Shown: positions 1 through 11,263 of the stretch, piece after piece | How positions within the stretch are numbered: the stretch's first letter is position 1 | How the letters are laid out: every line of letters begins with the position of its first letter | Origin: a virus | Taxonomy: Duplodnaviria; Heunggongvirae; Uroviricota; Caudoviricetes | DNA: 40,150 nucleotides | Direction: 5' to 3' (one strand) | Virus record (IMG/VR): IMGVR_UViG_2718218304_000002 | The notes under the pieces: generated by a model | What the model saw: only the letters and a program-made list of their open reading frames with translations | What the model was told of the DNA's origin: nothing | Databases searched by the model: none | Position numbers and translations under genes: made by a program

Positions 1-234
1 ATGAAATCAAAAGACACCCTAAAGTGGTTCCCTGCGCAGCTTCCTGAAGTAAGAATTATCCTAGGGGATGCTGTAGTGGAAGTAGCAAAACAGGGAAGAC
101 CTATCAATACCAGAACATTGCTTGATTACATTGAAGGAAACATAAAGAAAAAATCATGGCTGGATAACAAAGAATTATTACAAACAGCGATATCAGTTCT
201 TAAAGACAACCAAAATTTAAATGGTAAAATGTAA
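1..234 (+). CDS. ynaE: Small prophage protein of the YnaE/YdfK family (77 aa)
   Basis: Complete 77-aa ORF from base 1; translation matches my recollection of the Rac/Qin YnaE/YdfK paralogues; position distal to pin as in Rac. Recalled homology, not searched. Confidence 0.5.
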   Translation: MKSKDTLKWFPAQLPEVRIILGDAVVEVAKQGRPINTRTLLDYIEGNIKKKSWLDNKELLQTAISVLKDNQNLNGKM

Positions 235-550
235 TATAATAAACTTACTTTTTTATCATTTTTCCACTTTAACAACATTTTGCTCCACTTTTCCACGACC
301 AAACAACTTGAAATCTGGTTAAAATAACACGCAACACTATTCTTCTTCCTTGAGTCCGCCCGGAACTCGAAAAACAAACCGAGTTAAAGCCATTTTTCAC
401 AAAATCGATTTTGGGTCTCACCAAAATTACGGGGTTGTATACGCATTCGTTTATTTTCGAACGTGTACATACAAATATGCACAAAAATAATCATAATTAT
501 TTTCTGAGATGCATTATGATATGAACACCAATTTCGTATAGAGTCTCACT

Positions 551-1141
551 ATGTCTCGAATTTTTGCTTACTGTCGGATATCAACGCTGGATCAGACCAC
601 CGAAAATCAACGCCGGGAAATCGAAAGTGCAGGTTTTAAAATCAAACCTCAGCAAATAATCGAAGAACACATTAGCGGCTCAGCAGCAACCAGTGAGCGT
701 CCTGGTTTTAACCGGTTGCTTGCTCGCCTGAAATGTGGTGATCAATTGATTGTGACAAAACTGGATCGCCTTGGTTGTAATGCAATGGATATCAGGAAAA
801 CAGTGGAACAACTGACCGAAACAGGTATCAGAGTGCATTGCTTAGCATTGGGTGGCATTGACCTGACCAGTCCAACAGGAAAAATGATGATGCAAGTAAT
901 TTCAGCAGTCGCTGAATTTGAACGAGACCTTTTACTTGAACGCACTCATTCCGGGATAGTAAGAGCCCGCGGCGCAGGGAAACGTTTTGGTCGACCACCT
1001 GTGTTAAATGAAGAACAGAAACAGGTGGTATTCGAACGAATTAAGTCAGGTGTAAGTATAAGTGCCATTGCCCGGGAATTCAAAACCTCGCGGCAAACCA
1101 TTTTAAGAGCCAAAGCAAAACTTCAGACACCTGACATATAA
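551..1141 (+). CDS. pinR: Serine recombinase / DNA invertase (Pin/Gin/Hin family)
   Basis: 196-aa ORF with N-terminal resolvase catalytic region (YCRISTLDQ...) and C-terminal HTH; convergent with a tfa gene as in Rac pinR. Confidence 0.85.
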
Positions 1142-1238
1142 AAAATAATCTCGGTGTGAGATGCTTTACGTCTTCCAAGCCCCCTTCCTTGCCGTAAATG
1201 GAAAGATACATCTAATTATAGAATTTATATGTTTTACC

Positions 1239-1753
1239 CTACGGCAGTGCTGGCCATTCAATATCCTGTGCAGTTGACGTATCAACACGGTTCAGCAATA
1301 CCCGATACTTTTTCCATGCTTCCAGCAACGAGATTTCTTCCTCCGTTGCAATTTCCAGATCTGCAGCATCCTGAAGCGGCGCAATATGCTCACTGGCTAC
1401 CTGCATCAGGTTGTTTTTTGTTTCTTCCGCCTCCCGGATCCGGAACAGTTTTTCTGCTTCCGTATCCTTCACCCAGGCTGTGCCGTTCCACTTCTGAAAC
1501 TCCCCTTCCGGCGATAACCAGGTAACATTTTCCGGTAACGGACCGAGTTCAGAAATAAATAACGCGTTGCCGGAAGCCACGTCATAAACCGTTTTACCCC
1601 GATGATCTTCAACGAGATGCCACGATGACTCATCACTGTTGAAAACAGCCACGAAGCCAGCCGGAATATCTGGCGGTGCAATATCGGTACTGTTTGCTGG
1701 CAGACCTGTATGAGGCGGAATATATGCATCACCTTCACCAATAAATTCATTAG
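1239..1753 (-). pseudogene. Tail fibre assembly protein (Tfa), 5' end replaced by IS911 terminal sequence
   Basis: ORF 1239..1802 translation has Tfa-family core ([30 protein letters not shown]...); its first ~16 codons (1754..1802) are encoded by the IS911 terminal repeat, so the native 5' end and the upstream tail-fibre gene are missing. Confidence 0.7.
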
Positions 1754-1825
1754 TGAAGTGGTTTACTGAATTTGGCCACCTGAACAGAGGTGATATGCTC
1801 ACCTCAGAACAACACAGGTGCCATA

Positions 1826-3801
<1,976 letters not shown>

Positions 3802-3873
3802 TATGGCACCTGTGTTGTTCTGAGGTGAGCATATCACCTCTGTTCAGGTGGCCAAATTCAGTAAACCACTTCA

Positions 3874-4056
3874 GTGGCTTGTGGCTGGTTTTTTCCTCCA
3901 GGCCTGACGGCTGAATACCTCACTGATCGCTTCTTTGACTGCGCCAGCTACTGGCGCATTAATCCTTTCGAATTGCTGAATATGCCGATCAGTGAAATTC
4001 CCTTACTGGTCAGTCAGGCAAACAGGATAGAGCAGGAGAAACGCACACATGGCTGA
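3874..4056 (+). pseudogene. 3' remnant of a tail gene (possibly a tail assembly chaperone) truncated by IS911
   Basis: 60-codon ORF starts with GTG immediately at the IS911 boundary and ends 8 bp into the tape-measure gene; position suggests the gene upstream of tape measure. Family not recognised. Confidence 0.3.
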
Positions 4057-5884
4057 ATTTGAGCTTAAGGCGTTGATCACCGGTGTCGACAGGCTTTCTC
4101 CCGCGCTGTCGAAAATGCAAAAGAAAATCCGGGGATTTAAACGCCAGGCGGAAGAAGCGTCACAGGGTGGGCTGGCGCTTGGTGGCGGACTGGCAGCGGG
4201 TCTGACGCTTTCCCTGAAATCTTATGCCGATCAGGAAAACGCCGCCACCGGGCTGAAAGTCGCCATGATGGATGCGAACGGCGAGGTTGGAAAGAGCTTT
4301 CAGGACATCAATAAACTGGCTATTGGCCTGGGTAACCAGCTACCCGGTACAACGGCTGATTTCCAGAACATGATGCAGATGCTGGTGCGTCAGGGGATCC
4401 CGGCAGAAAACATTCTGGGTGGTGTGGGTAAAGCGACAGCTTATCTTGCGGTACAACTGAAAAAAACACCGGAAGCGGCTGCTGAGTTTGCTGCAAAGAT
4501 GCAGGATGCTACCGGAACGGCGTCAGAAGACATGATGGGGCTGTTCGACACTATCCAGAAGGCGTTTTATCTGGGTGTTGACGATACCAACATGTTGTCC
4601 TTCTTCACTAAAACCAGCTCTGTTCTGAAGATGGTGAACAAGGACGGTCTTCAGGCTGCACAGAGCCTTGCCCCCATCAGCGTCATGATGGATCAGATGG
4701 GGATGAACGGGGAGTCGGCAGGTAACGCCCTGCGAAAAGTTATCCAGTCCGGATTAAGCGTTAAGAAAATCAGGGACGTCAATAAAATCATGGCCCGCCA
4801 GAAACTCGGGGTACAGCTCGATTTTACTGACGGCAAAGGAAGTTTTGGCGGTCTTGATAACATGTTCAGGCAACTGGCAAAGCTGCGAAAACTGACCGAC
4901 GTTAAGCGAACAGGTGTACTTAAGGCAATATTTGGTGATGATGCCGAAACCCTTCAGGTGGTCAATGCACTAATCGATAAAGGAAAGGATGGCTACGATC
5001 AGATCCAGCAGAAGATGAATAAACAGGCCAGCCTGAATAAACGTGTTCAGGCCCAGCTTGGTACGCTGTCCAACCTGTGGGAGGCAATGACGGGGACCGC
5101 AACTAACGGCCTTGCGGCTATTGGCGGCGCATTTTCTGGTGACGCCAAAAATATCACGCAATGGCTGGGGGAGTTAGGGGAAAAATTCACGAAGTTTGCG
5201 GATGAAAATCCCCGGGTTATTCGCGGCGTCGTCGGGCTTGCTGCCGGTCTTGCGATTCTGAAACTGGGATTGATGGGCGTTGGCGGTGCCATCAGTATTG
5301 TCAGCAGGATCATGTCGATGACGCCGATTGGAATGATTGCGACGGCGATAGCCCTGGCTGCGGGATTAATTATCACTAACTGGGATGTTGTCGGACCTTA
5401 TTTCAAGAAGCTCTGGGAAACCATTGGTCCTTATTTTGAGGCTGGCTGGGAACTTCTGAAGATGGTTTTTGCCTGGTCGCCGCTGGGGATGGTAATCAAT
5501 AACTGGGGACCGGTTGTTAAGTGGTTTCAGGATATGTGGGACAAACTGAAGCCAATTATTGAGTGGTTTACCGACAGTTCCGGTGACACGGTCGATGCCA
5601 TTAACTCTGCGCAGTGGGGCGCGGGTGCTTATGATGCTTATGGGACGGGAATACCGGCACGGGGATACACACCTTATCAGGCGGTAGATCCGGCTCAGTC
5701 AAACAACGCCTCCGGTGCCACAGGCCCGAATCCCTTCATGATTAACAAAGCTTCTGCGCCAAAAGTTGATGGTGAGATCAAGGTCTCTTTTGTGAATTCG
5801 CCTCCGGGTATGCGGGTTATGGAAACGCGATCCAGCGGTTTTGATGTCAGCCATGATGTTGGCTATACGCGCTTTGGCAGGTAA
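4049..5884 (+). CDS. Phage tail tape measure protein
   Basis: 611-aa ORF, Ala/Gly-rich with coiled-coil-like N-terminal half and hydrophobic central segment; followed by Mu N-like and P-like genes. AGGAG 10 nt upstream of ATG. Confidence 0.75.
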   Translation: MAEFELKALITGVDRLSPALSKMQKKIRGFKRQAEEASQGGLALGGGLAAGLTLSLKSYADQENAATGLKVAMMDANGEVGKSFQDINKLAIGLGNQLPGTTADFQNMMQMLVRQGIPAENILGGVGKATAYLAVQLKKTPEAAAEFAAKMQDATGTASEDMMGLFDTIQKAFYLGVDDTNMLSFFTKTSSVLKMVNKDGLQAAQSLAPISVMMDQMGMNGESAGNALRKVIQSGLSVKKIRDVNKIMARQKLGVQLDFTDGKGSFGGLDNMFRQLAKLRKLTDVKRTGVLKAIFGDDAETLQVVNALIDKGKDGYDQIQQKMNKQASLNKRVQAQLGTLSNLWEAMTGTATNGLAAIGGAFSGDAKNITQWLGELGEKFTKFADENPRVIRGVVGLAAGLAILKLGLMGVGGAISIVSRIMSMTPIGMIATAIALAAGLIITNWDVVGPYFKKLWETIGPYFEAGWELLKMVFAWSPLGMVINNWGPVVKWFQDMWDKLKPIIEWFTDSSGDTVDAINSAQWGAGAYDAYGTGIPARGYTPYQAVDPAQSNNASGATGPNPFMINKASAPKVDGEIKVSFVNSPPGMRVMETRSSGFDVSHDVGYTRFGR

Positions 5885-5944
5885 TGAAAAATTAATCTGT
5901 TAATGAGTCCCACTCCGGTGGGATTTTTTATGTACGGAGTTTAT

Positions 5945-7273
5945 ATGACGTGGAAAGACAGACTTCAGGACGCGTCATTTCGCGGTGTGCCGTTTAAGGT
6001 TGAAGAAGAAAGTGCGGGAACCGGTCGTCGTGTGGAAACGCACGAATACCCGAACCGCGACAAACCCTATACCGAAGACCTGGGGAAAATCACTTTCCGC
6101 CCGTCCATCACAGCTTATGTGGTGGGAGATGACTGCTTTGACCAGCGCGATCGCCTGATTGACGCGCTGAATAAACCCGGTCCCGGCACGCTTGTCCATC
6201 CGACTTACGGTGAGCTGAAAGTCTGTGTTGACGGGGAAGTTCGGGTCAGCACATCGAAGAGTGAAGGGCGTATTGTCCGCTTTGACCTGAAGTTTGTCGA
6301 AGCGGGAGAACTCTCTTACCCCACTTCAGGTGCGGCGACGGCGCAGACGCTGATGTCATCCTGTTCTGCACTGGATGACTGCATCAGTGACAGCTTCAGT
6401 GGTTTCAGTATCGATGGCGTGGCAGATTTTGTGCAGAACGACGTCGTCGGTAATGCCAGCACAATGCTTGGGTATGTTTCTGATGCGATGAAAGTGGTGG
6501 ATTCTGCCGTATCGGATGCCGCCAGGCTGTTGCAGGGGGATATCTCGGTACTTCTGCCGCCGCCATCGTCAGGCAAAAATTTCGTTGAGCAGGTGCAGAA
6601 AATGTGGCGTACCGGGAAACGCCTTTATGGTAACGCCAGCGACCTGGTCACCATGATCAAAACGCTTTCCGGTGTCAGCCTCGGCAGCGATCTGCAACCG
6701 CGCGGCGTCTGGAAAACGGACAGTAAAACCACCGCCACGGCGACGCAGCAGCGTAACGTGGTTGCCAGCACCCTTCGTACGACCGCAATCAGCGAAGCGG
6801 CGTATGCCGTCACCCGATTGCCTGCGCCAACAATTTCTGCGGTGATGCAGAATGCCGCAGTGGGGCAGGCAACAACACCCGCGCAGAGCACTGGCTGGCC
6901 TTCCGTCACGCATCCGGCACTGAACAATGCACCGGCGGTGAAAAACACGGTTGACCTGCCGACGTGGGAAGAACTGACTGACATTCGCGACACACTGAAT
7001 ACGGCAATTGATAAGGAGTTGTCCCGTACAACCAGTGATGCGCTGTTTCTGGCGCTGCGCCGGGTGAAAGCAGATCTGAATGCGGATATCAACACGCGCC
7101 TTGAACAGTCTGCACGGATCATTCAGCGCACGCCGGATGAGGTTTTACCCGCGCTGGTGCTGGCGGCGACCTGGTTTGATAACGCGGCGCGTGACGCGGA
7201 CATTATCCGGCGTAATGCCATTACACATCCCGGCTTTGTGCCGGTGATCCCTCTGAAGGTGCCAGTGCAATGA
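5945..7273 (+). CDS. DNA circulation protein (Mu N / gp43-like)
   Basis: ORF 5903..7273; start at MTWKDRL (5945) has GGAG 5 nt upstream. Assigned by recalled similarity to the Mu N family and by position between tape measure and the P/D-like gene. Confidence 0.6.
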   Translation: MTWKDRLQDASFRGVPFKVEEESAGTGRRVETHEYPNRDKPYTEDLGKITFRPSITAYVVGDDCFDQRDRLIDALNKPGPGTLVHPTYGELKVCVDGEVRVSTSKSEGRIVRFDLKFVEAGELSYPTSGAATAQTLMSSCSALDDCISDSFSGFSIDGVADFVQNDVVGNASTMLGYVSDAMKVVDSAVSDAARLLQGDISVLLPPPSSGKNFVEQVQKMWRTGKRLYGNASDLVTMIKTLSGVSLGSDLQPRGVWKTDSKTTATATQQRNVVASTLRTTAISEAAYAVTRLPAPTISAVMQNAAVGQATTPAQSTGWPSVTHPALNNAPAVKNTVDLPTWEELTDIRDTLNTAIDKELSRTTSDALFLALRRVKADLNADINTRLEQSARIIQRTPDEVLPALVLAATWFDNAARDADIIRRNAITHPGFVPVIPLKVPVQ

Positions 7274-7705
7274 ACGACAATGTCACGCTACGGGTAAATG
7301 GCCGGGAGTGGAATGGCTGGACATCGGTGCGCATCGGTGCCGGTATTGAACGGCTGGCGCGGGATTTCAGTGTGGAGATCACCCGCCAGTGGCCGGGTGA
7401 TGAGGGTATCACCACGCTTCAGCCGCGCATTAAAAACGGTTCAAAAGTGGAAGTGCTGATTGGTGATGAGCTGGTGATCACCGGCTGGGTGGAGGCGACG
7501 CCCGTTCGTTACGATGCCCGTTCGGTCAGCACCGGTATTGCCGGACGTAGTCTGACGGCTGACCTGATTGACTGTGCAGCCGAACCGACACAGTTTAACG
7601 GACGCTCGCTGGTGCAGATTGCGCAGGCGCTTGCTGCGCCTTTCGGCATTGAGGTGGTGAACAGCGGTGCGCCGTCGGGTGTTATTCCTGATGTTCAGCC
7701 TGATC
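7270..7705 (+). pseudogene. Mu P (gp44) / P2 D-like tail protein, N-terminal ~145 codons, truncated by IS66
   Basis: Start overlaps N-like stop (ATGA). Native reading ends ...GVIPDVQPD at 7705, where the IS66 terminus GTAAGCG begins; the rest of ORF 7270..7827 is IS sequence. Confidence 0.6.
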
Positions 7706-7742
7706 GTAAGCGTGCAGCAAGAACCGTATTGACGGGGATGTG

Positions 7743-9280
7743 TTATTCAGTCGGCAGTGCTACGCGCCAGGGGAGCAGTTCGCCGACCCGGTTTATCGGC
7801 CAGTCGGCTATGACGTCAAGGACATAGCGGAGGTAGCTTTCTGGCTCCACTCCGTTCAGTTTGCACGTCCCGATCAGGCTGTACAGCAGCGCTCCCCGCT
7901 CTCCTCCATGATCCGAACCGAAGAACAGGTAGTTTTTGCGGCCCAGACTGACCATCCGCAACGCATTTTCAGCGATGTTATTGTCCGCCTCAGCCCAGCC
8001 ATCATCTGCATAGTACGTCAGCGCCGGCCACTGGTTCAGGGCGTATGCGAACGCTTTCGCCAGTTCTGAGTGTCGCGACAGGGTTTTCATCTTTTCACGC
8101 AGCCAGCTTTCCAGGGATTTCAGCAGCGGTTTCGTTTTCAACTGACGTTCGGCAAGGCGCTGCTCCGCCGTCATTCCCCTTATCTCTGCCTCGATGGCGT
8201 ACAGTTCGCCGATCCGTTTCAGCGCTTCCTCCGTCAGGGCTGACGGGGTGCGAACGTGCACATCGTGGATTTTACGGCGGGCGTGAGCCCAACAGGCGGC
8301 TTCCGTTATCCGGCCATCCCGGTACAGCTCGTTGAACCCGGCGTATGCATCCGCCTGCAGTAACCACTGAACCCCGCAAGATGGGTCTGCGGATGGATGC
8401 CTTTTCTGTCCGGGCTGTAAGCGAACCACACCGCCGGCGCCAGCGTTGACCCGGCGTTACGGTCGTCACGAACGTAGGTCCATAACCGCCCGGTCTTCGT
8501 TTTCTTATTGCCTGGCAACAGCACCGGGACAGGCGTGTCATCAGCATGGAGCTTACCGTCAGTCAGCACATAGTCCTGAAGCGCTTCTTCCAGCGGTGAC
8601 AGTAGCCGGCAGCATGCATCCACCCAGCCCGACAGCAGTGAACGACTCAGCTCCACGCCCTGGCGGCCGTACATTTCAGACTGGCGGTACAGCGGGGTGT
8701 GCTCTGCATACTTTGAGATCAGCACGCGGGCCAGCAGCCCCGGTCCTGCGATACCCCGCTCGATGGGCCGTGAAGGCGCGGGGGCCTGCACGATGGCATC
8801 GCACTGAGTACAGGCATGCTTTTCACGTACAGTCCGGATAACCCGGAAGGCGCTGCGCATCAGCTCCAGCTGTTCGGCGGCATCCTCACCCAGATAGCTC
8901 AGCGAGCCTCCACATTCCGGGCAGCATGACGCTGCCGGCAGCAGCCGTTTTTCATCGCGGGGGAGTGATTCGGGGAACGGTTTGCGGGTGCGGGTTTGAC
9001 GCAGCGGGCGCTGCACGGCCGGGTCGTCAACCCGACCGGTAAGGGTATCACTTTCTTTCTGAAGTGCCTTCAGGTCAGCTTCCATCTGTGCGATACGACG
9101 GGAGACTTTTTCCGAGCGGCTGCCGAAGTTCATCCGGCGCAGCTTATCCAGCTGTGCCTGCAGATGGTCTATTTCGCGTTCACGCTCGTTCAGCTTTTCC
9201 TGCAGGGCACGGTTCAGCGCCTCCTGTTCGGCAAGGAGACGTTTCAGTGCATTGATATCGTCAGGAAGTGAGCTGCTCAT
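7743..9280 (-). pseudogene. IS66 transposase TnpC, split by a frameshift
   Basis: N-terminal ORF 8306..9280 and C-terminal ORF 7743..8429 overlap in different frames; frames switch near 8360 (...GFSGY / LQADAYAGF...). One added base would restore a single ~510-aa ORF. Confidence 0.8.
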
Positions 9281-9328
9281 ACCGGGTATATTACCAGGCT
9301 CATTCAGCGTCGACCAGGATAAAGAGGC

Positions 9329-9676
9329 TTACAACATAGTCAGGGACGTAAGCAGTCTTTTAGGCTGCCGCCAGTCGATACCTTCCAGCAGCATCGCCAG
9401 CTGTGCCGGTGTGAGGAACACTTTGCCATCCCGGGCTGACGGCCAGGCGAAGCGGCCGCGCTCCAGCCGTTTGGTCAGCAGACACAGTCCATCGCCGGTA
9501 GACCAGAGGAGCTTTACCTGACTGCCATTACGCCCACGGAAGATAAAAACGTGACCTGACATCGGATCGTCTTTCAGCGTCGTCTGCACCTTTGCCGCCA
9601 GGCCGTTGAAGCCGTTTCTCATATCGGTGATGCCAGCGACCAGCCAGATCTTTGTCCCTGATGGTAATGGGATCAA
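9329..9676 (-). CDS. IS66 accessory protein TnpB (Orf2)
   Basis: 115-aa ORF recognised as IS66 Orf2-like; overlaps tnpA stop (ATGA). Confidence 0.8.
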   Translation of the reverse strand: MIPLPSGTKIWLVAGITDMRNGFNGLAAKVQTTLKDDPMSGHVFIFRGRNGSQVKLLWSTGDGLCLLTKRLERGRFAWPSARDGKVFLTPAQLAMLLEGIDWRQPKRLLTSLTML

Positions 9677-10077
9677 CGTTTGAGCTCCCGTATCAGCAGG
9701 TTCAGGATATTTTCGCTGATGGCACCATTCAGACGGAGTGATCCGTGCCGGAACGTCACTTCACAGCTGATATTGAGTGATTCAGGTGTCGCAGCAGCTA
9801 CAGGTTGTGACCGGGGGGAGGTTGTAGGGACAACATCTTCGGCATCAAGTGTTATCGGGAGCAGCTCAGGCACGTTGTTTTCTGTTGTTGAAGGAGGACG
9901 TAGTTTTCCTTCGCGCCAGTACTGGCGCCACTTGAACAGCAAATTATCGTTGATCCCATGCTCACGAGCGAGTTGCGCTACGGAGATCTCTGGTCGATGC
10001 GAGAGTTCAACCATTTTGATTTTGAACTCAACGGGATAATTAGGGCTTTTTTTACGCACTGCGGTTAATGATTTCAT
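9673..10077 (-). CDS. IS66 accessory protein TnpA (Orf1)
   Basis: 134-aa ORF with N-terminal HTH region, first gene of the IS66 operon. Confidence 0.75.
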   Translation of the reverse strand: MKSLTAVRKKSPNYPVEFKIKMVELSHRPEISVAQLAREHGINDNLLFKWRQYWREGKLRPPSTTENNVPELLPITLDAEDVVPTTSPRSQPVAAATPESLNISCEVTFRHGSLRLNGAISENILNLLIRELKR

Positions 10078-11261
10078 GGATTGCGTCCACCATATTTGGT
10101 GTCCACTATTCTCTCAGGGAATTTCAGGATCTGCCAGACGGTGCTGAGACGACGCTTACCCATTGTATAAAGCGGCGAGTTTTCCTGCATTCGCTCTTCA
10201 TTAGTCTGATCAACAGATTTGGTGGATGTATTTTCAGCACGCAGAAGTTTAGCGCCGGCATGACGCATCTGATTTTCCAGCTTCTCAAGTGATGTTTCGC
10301 CAGATTCTATCGCTGCGCCACTATGTTCAACATATTCGAGGCCATTTTTTGTTCTGTCCTCAAAAATCGTAGCGGTGGATGCACCAACCGTCAGTTCTTC
10401 ATTCCTGTCCAGCCCGTAGGCCACCAGCAATGGAACGCGGGCAACATGAAGAATATTGTCCTGCTCGCTCTGGCTTTGCCAGTGCTTGATATTCAGCAAG
10501 CCAAGATTAAGCAATGGCGGTGTACCACGCATAAATCCTGTTTTCTTCGTGTACAGTGTTACCAGAGGAATATCATCACGGCTGGTATTCCATGACTCAT
10601 GAAGCGTCCAGACAGATTCGCCATTAGTGCCTTCGCTACGTCGATAAATTTCAACTCGACGGGGCATAATATGGCGGATCTGCTCCACCTTCTTCTGCCC
10701 GAAATCATCACCATCAATAATGATGACCTCTTTTATACGCAAATCAGTGAGAACAACTTTCCCTTTTTCAACTTTCGATTTCCATCCAATAACCTGGCGT
10801 GGATTCAGCATCGTAACGTACGGACGACCACCGGTCGCGTTTTCATCGGCTTTTGTCCGAATCTCTTTCATATCCGTTCGTGGATAGTCCACCAGCGCAT
10901 GTGCCACACCATACTGAAATGCGAGGCTGAAAAATTGCTGCGCCCACACATCCAGTCGGCTCCCCTCCATGTCGATATTTTCTGCATATTCCCTGATTTT
11001 TGCCGGCGTTTCCTCACTCAATACTGTCGGCTCTGCAAATATGCGCCCAATATTTTGCTTGATGCTTTCTTCATACACAGGAAGTAGCGTAGCCACAGAC
11101 AGGCGTTTTTTATAAGCGTCTTCATCTTCGTTAGGCCATTTTGGGAGATAATTTTCCCCCTGCCTGCGCATTTCAAGCGTACCGCCCATCAGTGCGTCGT
11201 TAATATCCCACGCCTCCAGCATATCGTTATAGTCGAGGTTGGGTGTTGATATATCAGCCAT
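10074..11261 (-). pseudogene. Putative phage portal protein, C-terminus truncated by IS66
   Basis: ORF lies directly downstream of terminase large subunit; native sequence ends at 10160 and the last ~28 codons are IS66 terminal sequence. Portal call rests on gene order and size, not a recognised motif. Confidence 0.45.
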
Positions 11262-11263
11262 AA

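Larger units (their letters stand above)
7706..10159 (-). mobile_element. IS66-family insertion sequence (~2.45 kb)
   Basis: Three-gene organisation tnpA-tnpB-tnpC on -; termini GTAAGCGT at 7706 and its complement ending 10159 (imperfect inverted repeats). Flanks GCCTGATC (left) and CCATTGTA (right) do not match, so no target duplication. Confidence 0.75.

Noticed and set aside
1142-1238. Gin/Hin/Cin-type crossover site in the pin-tfa spacer
   Set aside because: Only weak partial similarity to the recalled 26-bp gix/hix consensus (a TTCC...GGAA inverted pair); not enough to call a recombination site.
742-1750. ORFs 742..945 -, 1229..1525 + and 1469..1750 - overlapping pin and tfa
   Set aside because: Embedded in or antisense to well-supported genes; unusual composition; no ribosome-binding sites seen.
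4970-7122. Minus-strand ORFs inside the tape-measure and N-like genes (4970..5161, 5047..5376, 5975..6199, 6316..6576, 6569..6913, 6625..7122)
   Set aside because: Antisense to long, well-supported + strand genes in a GC-rich region where spurious ORFs are common.
7740-10039. Plus-strand ORFs inside the IS66 element (7740..8069, 8045..8335, 8446..8841, 8996..9271, 9064..9255, 9252..9521, 9680..10039) and 8272..8547 -
   Set aside because: Antisense or out-of-frame relative to the tnpA/tnpB/tnpC genes; typical GC-rich spurious ORFs.
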